Part shown: piece by piece, positions 1-10,700 of the stretch
How positions within the stretch are numbered: the first letter of the stretch is position 1
Layout: each line of letters begins with the position of its first letter
NCBI RefSeq assembly: GCF_009914755.1
Contig: NC_060935.1
DNA: 64,000 bases
Reading direction: 5' to 3' (one strand)
Source: the human T2T-CHM13v2.0 reference genome, Homo sapiens
Made by a program: the position numbers and the translations under genes
The notes under the pieces: model-generated
Databases searched by the model: none
What the model saw: only the letters and a program-made list of their open reading frames with translations
What the model was told of the DNA's origin: nothing

Positions 1-3000
1 ACAAGAAAGGTGACTGCTAGTGGAACTTCAGTCTCCTTTCCCCTCCTTCTAGGAGACTTTTCTTTCTCTACTTGTTTTCATTCCTCAAACTCCTTGCCAG
101 AGTCGTCTTAAACGCAGCACTCTGGCAGCCATGCTGCCTGTATTAAACAGGGCTCTGCAAGAGATCCTGGTTTCTATGGCTACTTTACCACCTGGCATGA
201 GATGTGTAGCATAAACCGCCATGCAAATGCCATAATCATGGATCTGTGATAAGCCTAGAAGGCTCTGCTGCCAAAGTGGGGATCCATGGATAACTGGAGA
301 GTGGCTAGTACATCCTAGACAAGCTCCTGGCAAATAGGGACTTTGGCAGAAGGACTCACTGAGCAGAACCTTCACTGCAACTGCTGCCTGCCCACCCTGA
401 AGCCCTCGGCTACACAGAGTCCAAGGTCAGTCTTTTTGCCAAAAGGACACCAAGATTTCTACCTCTGAGAAGGAGTGAAGGGTGACACAATGATACACAA
501 TAAAGTATGCAGCATGAGGCATGACAGCCACATTGCACTGGGTCACCCTCACATCTCAAACATCCCTGGCTCAGGCTGTAAGGCACATTTAGCAACATGG
601 CGCTTAAACGCACACTTTAACTCTTTTCATAGGTCATAAACTACCTCAGCTCTCATTTTTACGTTTAAGCCATGGGGAGGTTCTAACGGTATTAGTCTTC
701 CTACTTCTGTTTAGGGACAGTTCAGATGCTCAGCGTTCTGTGCTTCCCCCATCCGTGGATGACTGGAGGAAAAGAATTGTTGCGGACTTTTTTGCAACAG
801 TTCTGTCACGTGGCTCAGTTTTAGTTCCTTTCCTGGGTGGAGATCTTGCTGGACAAGTCAGTTTAATTACAAACTCTCAGAATCGGTGTTTGTAATGGAA
901 ATGCTGCCTCCAGCTTCCTAGGGTTGTAGGGATTAGTCTATTTCAGAGAAAGCTTAGTGACTATGATGTCATTTGTTACTTCTTGCTAGGAAGAAAGAAA
1001 AAGCCTGGTAGTGGATTTCCCAAATCTGAAGCAAAACCATAATCTGACCTAAAAAAAAAATGACACTTAAGAAAACCTGGCACCATCTGAAAAATGTAGC
1101 TACCCATTCTCATCATCTATTGTAGCTCCCGTCCATGGCAACAAAAATAAGTGTGCATTTTAAAAAGCACAACTTTATTACTGAAGGGGAACAAACTGAA
1201 TGGCATGCGCTGACAAAATGCCACATTATTTGCTAATCCTAATATGTTATTCTTCTTTAAGATTTGCTTTTCTCAGCACCAATTCAATTATAGATGCTAC
1301 AAATCCTTCTGACATTTAATTCCCTCTTGTCAGAGAGTAGTAAATGTATACAGTACATGCACAGCTTTCCCATTAAGATGTTAATATATATTGGAGCACA
1401 CTAGCCTTTATGCAGCATAACCTTTCTTTTCTGTCTTCTTAGAAAGTGGACGAGAAGGAATAAACGTAAAGCAAGAAAATCATGAAGACTCCCATATAGC
1501 ATCCCAGGCATCTACTACTACACGTCAGCTGCATTCAATTCTAGCAATGTAACTGCATCTATACTAACGTTTCAAAGGAGCTATGTTAAGCTACTTAAAG
1601 GAAAACTGCAGTGATCATCCTCATGGTGCCACCCAGAGCTCAGTATGTGTTCATTTAAATTAGAAGTACTGCACACAGATTTTGGCTGTACCTTGTCACT
1701 ACTCAAATGATCAGGACTCAGGGCTCTCTTAGACTATCACTGGCTACATTGCTTTCCAGAAACAGGCCTGAACAGGGGACGAGCTAGGAGCTCATCTCCT
1801 GCATGGTCCATTGGAAAGAGCACTGGACTTGCTGTCATTTCTGGGACAGAACTTGAGCTTCATTACTTTTCTCTGTGACTTCAGGCAGGTCAATGAGGCA
1901 CTCTGAGCCACTGAGTACAATTACGTACTTCACAGGGTCACTTTGAGAGGCCACTGTTTTCATTTCCTGAGCCAAATGAAAGTGCCTATTTGGCTCAGGG
2001 CTTGGAGTATCATAGGGACCTGGTGTTTGCCAAATTCAAATCTCCTGTATTAGAGCCTAAGGAGGGCTTTTCCAGTTCTTATCACCGACCCAAGGCAAAT
2101 AATTACCAGTTCGTTAGGGGTAAGCGTGGTACTGCATACTCAGCATTGCCCACACATGGTAAGATGCCCAATAAACACTTACTGAGTTGAAGTCACCAAG
2201 TTCTTTTCATTTATACAGAATTGACAAACTGTGTAACTAATGGCTTAGCTGTCCTTTATGAAGGTCAAGGCTGTGGGCCTGGCAGGTGAAGGCCGTCTGA
2301 TTCAGGTTTCGATTCGGGTGTACCATTTGAGTATCAGGATATTAAATACTATTGTAGCTAAATATGAAAACAAGTGTTTTGGGTTTTTTCTTGTTGATTT
2401 TTTCCCCTCTCAAATTCCTTGATTTAGTTAATTTAACCATGAGTGGAAATGACTTGATCCAACAGGATGCAAGATTTCTCCCAAGGCATTTAACACCGCC
2501 AGAGACACCAGAAGTCGTGCTTGAGTCCACTCTGTTCATCTCATGATAGCACAGATTTAGAAATGTGATCATCTTTTCCATTTTAAGCAACAGGAAGGCA
2601 CTGAGGATGACACCAGAGTTTCCCTTAAAGGAATATACGCCTGATAAACAGGACAGTTGTCGAGTATTTCCAAACATACATTTCCCACTAGAATCTCTCT
2701 CTGGAGAAAGATGCTTCAGTGGACCTCAGGCATTTGGGGGTGTGAGGAGGATGGATTAATGAATATGGTGAAGTCACCCCAAAGCAGTGTCCAACCTGTA
2801 GAACTAGAATTCACACTCACCGTGGCCTGCCAACTTTTTAACTTTGGAAGAAAAGTTCCCGTTTGATGGTCTCCTCCCTTCCCACGGTGGAAACAGGAGC
2901 ATGTTGGATTATGAGAAAGACCAGCAGCAGGATGCAGTTCAAACACATCGTGGGGAAGTCGTGGGTGAGCTGGCATGGACCCAATGTGATTTCTTCAGTC

Positions 3001-3584
3001 TACTGCCTTGTATGAAACTCAGTTTTAAAAGGGAATTGATGTGGTTTAACCTTTTCCAGCCATCACTTTCCCATGGCACTTAGGGTCACCTCCCAGGGGA
3101 AACTGATCCCATAATTTAGGGGAATCAGTGGGACAACAGTACTAAACTACTGAAGCAGAGTTTAGGTCTTCTTTGAGGAGAAAGAGCTTGATTTGATGCT
3201 GGGAAAAAAAATCTTCCCAGGTTAGTCAGCACATTGCTCTATGCCTGATGGGCTGCAGAGAGCCTGACTTTTCCCTCATTCCCCGGGTGCGCACAGTGAA
3301 TTGAAAAGGGTCAAGAGGATTACCAAAGGCTCCAGCACACAGGAAGCTGTGGATTTCATAGGGGGAAAGGTGGCCCCTGCAAACCAAAGTCCTCTATTTC
3401 CTCTAGAGCCAGGAAGACCCATGCTTCGCTTCTCACTGTCTCCTAAGCAAACCGTTTAGCCGTTTGGGTCCCAGTTTCCTCATTTATAAATGGAGACCAA
3501 GAGCCCTTCCTTAACAATCTCAGGAGATTTTCATGAAAATCTTCTATTATCTGGCTCATTCTCATCTATCTGGGTCTTCCTGTC

Positions 3585-3877
3585 CCAATGGCCTTCCCTG
3601 GTAAACTTTTCTAAACTGACCTCCACCTTCTTCCAGCCCCAGCCCTCACTTCCACTTTATCCGGTTTTATTGTTTCACAGCATTTGTCACTGTCCAAGAT
3701 TAACTCGTGTTTTGGGTCTGTCTCCCTCAGTAGGGTGTCGCGGTAGGAGAGCAGGGGCCCTGGCTCCTGGACGCCATGGCAGCTCCAGCTCCTGTTGGTC
3801 TTGTTCACTGCAGCATCCCTGGTGCCCAGCCCAGAGCCCAGCACAAGGATCTCAAATAATTTTGTTGAATGAATAAA
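3585..3877 (+). mobile_element. L2 3' end, flanked by MIR-like pieces (about 3460-3540 and 3880-3945)
   Basis: ttgttcactgcagcatccctggtgcccagc...ctcaaataattttgttgaatgaataaa is the typical L2 terminus. Confidence 0.75.
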
Positions 3878-4274
3878 GATCAAACGAAGTAATATGTGTG
3901 AAAGAGCTTTCTAAGTTACAAAGTATGATACAGATACAAGCCATATCATGCCACACTTTAGATTTATGGGCTATAACTTAAATATATCTATACAGCTCAT
4001 CTGGTTTTTAATGTTTTATTATCATTATTGTTGTTATTACTCTACCAAGGGAATAAAATAGCCTGTTTGCCAAATCTGGGCCACTCTTTATGTGGGGGTT
4101 AGGAAAGAGTTCCCCCTAAATGGTACAGCTACTGACAGTTTCTCACACACATTTCAAGTAAGTTTAGCCAGGACTTAAGACACTCCCAGTAACCGGAAGG
4201 CCATATATCCCCACCTCCGGGACTGATAATCTAGATCAAAAGAGCTTTAAGTGCTCCTATTAGCTAAATGTAGG

Positions 4275-4590
4275 TTTGTTATTTTATTTATTTTTTGAGA
4301 TGGAGTCTCTTTCTGTTGCCCAGGCTGGAGTACAGCGGCGTCATCTCGGCTTACTGCAACCTCCACCTCCTCGTTCAAGCAATTCTCCTCAGTCAACCCC
4401 TGCTCCCCCGCCCCCAAGTAGCTGGGACTATAGGTGCATGCCACCACGCCTGGCTAATTTTTGTGTTTTTAGTAGAGATGGGGTTTTGCCATGTTGGCCA
4501 GGCTGGTCTCGAATTCCTGACCTCAAGTGATCCACCCGTCTCAGCGTCCCAAAGTGCTGGGATTACAGGTGTGAGCCATCGCGCCCAGCT
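4275..4590 (-). mobile_element. Alu (AluSx-like), full length
   Basis: T-rich tail then gagatggagtct...cccaggctggagtacag...gtgagccatcgcgcccagc; imperfect TSD aaatgtagg/aaatatagg; short C-rich atypical segment at about 4390-4415. Confidence 0.95.
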
Positions 4591-6569
4591 AAATATAGGC
4601 TATATTTTGAAGCCGTGTTTCTTGTATAATCCATTTAGGGGACTGCAGTTGGTTCACCTAGATTCTTCCTAACACCTAGATGAGGGTTAGCAAAGCCATT
4701 TAGAATTGCCCTCCAAGGCCCATGCTTTCTTTTTTGGATCGTGAGGGACATGTTGTAGGAGTTTTCCAGATCACTTTCTTGTCTGTAGGACAAGAGCTGA
4801 TAACATTTTTTGAGGAATCATGACAGCTCTGGAATTTCTTTTTGGTGCCTTTGCTTCCAAATCAGAAGACTGATGGATTTCTTGAACTGTGCTGGAGGGC
4901 CATTTTCTGGCACACTGTATATTTACCACCTCACTCCACTAAACAGTTCCCCAAGGCCCCTCCACTGCTGAAGGGAGAGAGGCAGTTGGAGACATTTTGA
5001 AAAAGTTTTAAAATAAAATAGAAGGATAAATATGCTTAAAGCTATTCTATTCCACATGAGTGGCAATAACCACCAGCTGTCACCAGGAAAGAGCAGATGT
5101 AATTGACAAAACAATTCAAAACTCTTATGGATCCATCATCAATAAAGTTAACACCCAAAAAGTAAATGAAAGGGTTCAAAGTAGAACTGGGTAAGCTCCC
5201 CAGGCCTGCCAATAATTAAATCACTGAACTACATACGAGCATAATTTCTTTATGCAGATTAAAGAGGAGGATCAGCTGGGCAACTTGCTTTGCTGGGTGA
5301 GAATGGAGCACCATATGTTGCTTATGAAACTGTCATTAATGAAGGTAGCACTGGTGCGTGGGGGAGGTCGGGGCAAAGGGGACAAAAGGAAAATAGACCA
5401 TCATTATTTGGAAGGAAATTGAGTACGTAACATTTATCCATAATATGGAAAGGAGGAAATTTCTACCCTGATGCAGCAGGGAATGGATGATATTATTCAT
5501 TACCACAGTTTAGCATTAAATGTGCAACACCTACTCTAATTTATTGATGGACTGTTTAAGACGGGTGTTAACCGGTTTGTCTTGTATTATAATTGAATTC
5601 AGTCTCTAGGCTACAGAAATTTGAGAAGTTCATCCTTTCTCAATCAATATGCTCCCCTTCAGTGACCCATTTCAAGACAGCTTCATAAAAATAATGTATT
5701 TTGTTTTAATAAATTTAAACACTATGACAGCTGCTCAATTTTTATTGGTTGTTTTTTTTTTCCCTTCAGATGTCTCTTTGCTGCTGAGTGAAGCCAAGCT
5801 CACAATCAATAGTAATTGATTAATCAGCATCCCCTTCGAACAAAGGTGCTAATCAGTTTTTGATTAGTTCATCAAACCAGATGCAAAGGCAGCCCGGCCC
5901 AGCCTGATAGTTCATCAGTGTTCTACATGACTTACGGCTCCTGAGCAATATATGACTGCAGTGTTCCTGCAGGGAGTGGGGGAGGGGGACAACATAATTA
6001 TTAATTTAACTGAATTATTATGAACACAAACAGTTGTTGGTTTATTGCTTCTGACTTGGGTGATTGATAGAACTGCAGCAGGGACCCATCTGACATGGCG
6101 CAGTGCTGAGGCCCAGAGTATTCCTAATTGATGATGCTGGTGGAAGGGGTGGATGGCTGATTCAGTCACATTTTCCTAAAGAGGAGAAAAATGACTTTTG
6201 CATATCTGAGTGATCCTTGTCTGGCTATTGTGCCAAGAGGGATCAGGGCCAACACACCCACCAGCTTTCTTAGGATCTTTGAGAAGATCCAATTGCTAGG
6301 GCTACTGTATCAAAGAGAGTTGTTTTCTTTACGGTCAACCAGAACTGAGACTGTCTATCACCAGAAATGCAAGCAGAAATTGCTTACTTCCAGCATCACA
6401 TTTTACGTAGGGAGAAGGACTTATCCACCCTTATTTTAAAATAAAACTAGGTAAATGTTTTTGCAACTTCTCCAACTACACCACAAAGAAGTGGCAAAAA
6501 ATGAAACACTCTCTTGATTGGCTGTCTATCTTTCTAATCTATTTATTTATCTATGCATTGGGATTTGGA

Positions 6570-6672
6570 AATTCATTCATTCATCCAATAAGTGTCAACT
6601 GGGTACTTAGTACATGACAGGTGTACAACAGTGAACAAAACCAGCATGGCCTCCTGGAGCTTCCAGTCTGTA
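6570..6672 (-). mobile_element. L2 3' end fragment
   Basis: attcattcattcatccaata...acagtgaacaaaacc...cctggagcttccagtct. Confidence 0.65.
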
Positions 6673-7740
6673 GAAAAATAAATCCGACAGCTAAACTCAA
6701 ACTACAGGCTACATAACAGCAAAGTGAAGATATCCCTGAGGTTCGTCAGAAGCACGTAGTTGGCAATAAATCAATTGCACTTTGAAAAATCGAGTAGTAC
6801 TATCTTATTCTCTCACCGGGTCAGACTTATAGTTAAGGACTGCACCTCAATAGCCAACTATTAAAAGGAGCTTCAGTAAAAGCGCCTCTGGAATCTTTCT
6901 TTCCAATAGGCTTGAGTAAGTGTCTACAGTCCTATGACTTAATTTCTCCACTGCAATAACAAGAAGGGCCTTGCTTACTGACTTATTAAGTGATGGATGG
7001 AAAGGTTTAAGCCATAGCTGGTTGGCAGTTAAGTCCCACAACATCATGGAAGCTCATATAATTGTTTAGCTCTGACCACTTTAAATCTCCTCCCTCCCTC
7101 CTTTGTAGGATATGCTTCTTATTCTGGATTAGTAACACCTAAATCCTGGAATCAAGCATGAAACCTACTTTTGCAAGAGCTCAGTGTGCTGTGAAAGAGG
7201 TCTGAGGTGGATAATTAGTTTACATCATGGTGTGTGACAAAACAATTGCTTCCCCCTCCTCCCTGCCCTTCCCCACCCCTGACTTCTAAGATAACTACAA
7301 CATGGCTATTCTAGTCCCCTCCACAGAAGTAGGCAGTCAATGAGTTGCTTGTTTTTTTTTTTAAAAAAGATCTTGTCACATAATCCAACATCCTTAAATT
7401 GCTTTGTAATACAACAAAATTTCTCCCGACACATTATATATCTAGGACATAAACATTATTTGAAGCCACTGAACAGAGGGGCTTTAGTACAATCCCAAAG
7501 GTAACTTGTCCTCTCCTGCGTTAATTAAATTGTCCCCATTCCGAAATATAAATATCGCTACCACAGAGAAAACAGGTGAGTGGGTGACCGGGGAGGAAGA
7601 CAGTATTGATACAAATTTGTTTTTTGTTAGTCTCAAAATCCACACTGATTGCTCAGCAAACCAAATGGCCATTTTGTAGAAGTGGATAGAGCACCCACAG
7701 GTTGGACACTGCAGTGCCTTACCTAATGACTAGCCCTTAC

Positions 7741-7794
7741 CTGAGAGGTCCTCACTGTCCAGTTCTTCTGCGGAATTGGGCAACTGAGTAAGGC
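7741..7794 (-). CDS. CADM1: CADM1 alternative exon 10 (54 nt): GLTQLPNSAEELDSEDLS
   Basis: ttacttgtaag|GCCTTACT ... CTCTCAG|gtaagg; matches the known isoform insert; phase 1-1; read by hand. Confidence 0.96.
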
Positions 7795-10700
7795 CTTACA
7801 AGTAAAAACAAATCGTTTTTCTTTTCATTCCTCGAGGGACATAAACAAAACACTTAAGAACTGAGGATGAATTTCTTTAAAAACATGAGCCAAATCTCTT
7901 GCTATCTATGTTTTTGATAGCATGAATGTATTAATCCATAAGTACATTTCTTCAATTATGTAATTTTGTTCTTAATACGCAATCGAGGCAGAAAGATTCC
8001 TCAGTCTCCACTGTTCAAAGGACATGAAACATGAAGGTGAATGCTTAAAATCACTCATTCATAACAGCATGCAAAAAGAAAATCAATAAAGCCTGATTGT
8101 TAGCTGTCGATGCTCTGATATCTCTTAAATAAAAATGTATTTAGATGTTACATACTGATGTATGTACATTTTATTTCGCATTTTACTGTAAATTGAAATC
8201 CGCTGCCAATACTGACAAACACAGTTCATTATCAATTTATGATGATCTTGGATCACATATTTCAAAATGGTACAGCATCTGCTAACTGCAGATTGCAGGT
8301 TATGCCTTCATCAGAAAATCTGATTCGCAAAATGATTTTTTTAAAAAAGAGAATTTCATAAATCAATGGTATTCCTGAAAAATAAAACCCTCAAAGCTGA
8401 AAAAGCAGTTAGGTCAGGAGGTAATCAAATCGGGGCTTGAAATGCCTATATCCGAGTCAATTCCAATGCTGGCCAGCTGAGATGCTTCTCAGCTAGCTCT
8501 GATTTGAATTAAAAGGGGTGAAGAGGGAAGTAGATAAACAATGGGAGGCTCAGATAGGAGATGGTTTCCATTTCCTTTTGCTTTATTTGTGAGCTGATCC
8601 TTTAATGAAGTTTATTTAATAACACAAAATGTTAGACATTCAATGTGGCTTTACTTGTTCTTTGCTGTTCTGCTCAAAGTCCGGTGTGACTAACTGCTTA
8701 GGTCTTTTAAGTTGCACAGCAGTTTGCTCATACTTCTCTAGTCAGATTTGTCCCTTTTGAAGATGTCTGTAGACCTAATAAACTGCAAGGTCTTTGGAGA
8801 AGCAAGTTGTGTTTATTTTTGCATCTTTCCCTTCTGCTACAGCCAACCCACAAAGTGTATTCTCAGTGAGTATTTGTTGAATTAATAATTTGGGAATAAT
8901 GCCCAATCAGAGCATAAAAGCAACCAAAACAAATGCTTTTGAAACAAGTAATGTCAAACTGATCACTATTTTTAAAGGCCCAAATGAACCACAACAGTCA
9001 TGTGCAAATGATCACTGAAGCCTGCATTTTGTAAGTTGCTTTATAGAGAAACCAAACGAACATTGATAGCCAGGTCAATTCTGTGAAAGACGGCTGTCAC
9101 ACCATCAACCCTTGAGGAAGAAGAACTTCCATCATGACCCTTGGGTGCTAATAGTTAACAGCAGGTGCTGATTAAAAATGGGAAGATTTTGAGCCCACAG
9201 GTATTCCCAAACTATAGATTTAGGCAACTAAAGGGAAAGCAGTGAGCAATGCAATCAATTATAGAGGCAACTGAGTAGAGATGATATCCATTTGTTCTGA
9301 AATCTGATTGGTTGACAATATTCCTATTTCTAATTGGCTTATACATTGTATAAAGACTGATGAATACAATTATTTAAATAACTGTTATAAATAGGCAACA
9401 TAAAGTACTCCTTTGTAGTTAATTATAAATTTGCAGTTCTCAGAAGGCTAATCTCTCACTTCTACCTGGCCCAACAAATATCAAAGCGTCCTACATATGT
9501 GCTTGGTGCCCACTGAACCACATTAAACAAGGATGTTTCAAGTAGGTAGCTTTACTGCTGAAGGCTTATTTCCTCGGGGAGGGCATTAGAAAGCTAATTA
9601 AAAAACCCAAAAAGACAAATATGTTTATGAAATATCATTGATATGCAAAGGTTTCCATTAAAAGCAACAGACAGTTGATATACACCTCATTAAAGTGGAA
9701 ACTGTCATTTTTAATGGCATAAACTTTAAAATATATCAAGTTATCTGGAATCTACTGCTCGGATTACGTTCTAGAGCAGGAAGCCATTTAGGCTACTGGC
9801 ATTAAATTTGTTTTTGTAGCACTATTATATTGTGTGAACCTACAATACTCTGCCATAGTTGGACAATTTCTGAATAAATATAATTCAAAAGAATTTACTG
9901 AAGCACTGGGTGTGCAAGTGGGGACGAGCAAAATTTATCTCCTAAAACTGATTTGGCTTAGGTATTTTTCTTTCATGTTAAAAATTATACACTTTTCATT
10001 TTCTCAAAGAAAAAGACAAAGACGTATTTTATGAAGCAGAGAACATTCTTCAAAAGGAGACTTCACTCTAACAATAAGTGGGAAATTACTTCTTGTGTAT
10101 TCTCTTGAAACTTTCATATCATCCATTAAGGCCTCTTTCTAGTCACTGCTAATTAAAATGTATTCAACATATGTCTTTAAACTTTGTTAAACAAATGAAA
10201 GTTTACTTTTTGTCCATATGGGATTATTTTTGAGCAATTAATAAAGTCCTAAAGATGCAAACATGGTAATTTAATATATGCATGATAGCCATCTCTTCTG
10301 CAGAGATGAGTATTTAACTTTTTCATGGTGCTACAATGTGCTATAACATACCCTAAGCCCGCTCAGGTAATGCTTTTGCCGTTGTGATTCTTCCTTTTCA
10401 ACAGTAATTGCTGGCTTCTAAAAGTGATACAATGTGGCCATTTAAAACCAGGGTAAGAAAAACCTCAAAAAATTAGAAACAGTAAGAAATTCTAGAGATA
10501 TTAAATCAATTCAAGGTCAAATACGATTTAAATGCTTATGGGCTCAGTTTTTCAGGGTATCATTTTTTTTTTCCAGAAAATTTTGAAATAGAATGATCGA
10601 ATAAAACCTCCAGAAAACAAAAACTTAGCCCACCGGCCCTAGTACCATTCCCATTATGAAAAACAAAGTAGGCGATGGTCTCTCTCTTACCTAAGCAGCA

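Noticed and set aside
4247-4672. ORFs of 66-125 aa here and similar ORFs at about 17.2-17.6, 28.4-28.6 and 48.5-48.9 kb
   Set aside because: Alu-derived translations, not genes.
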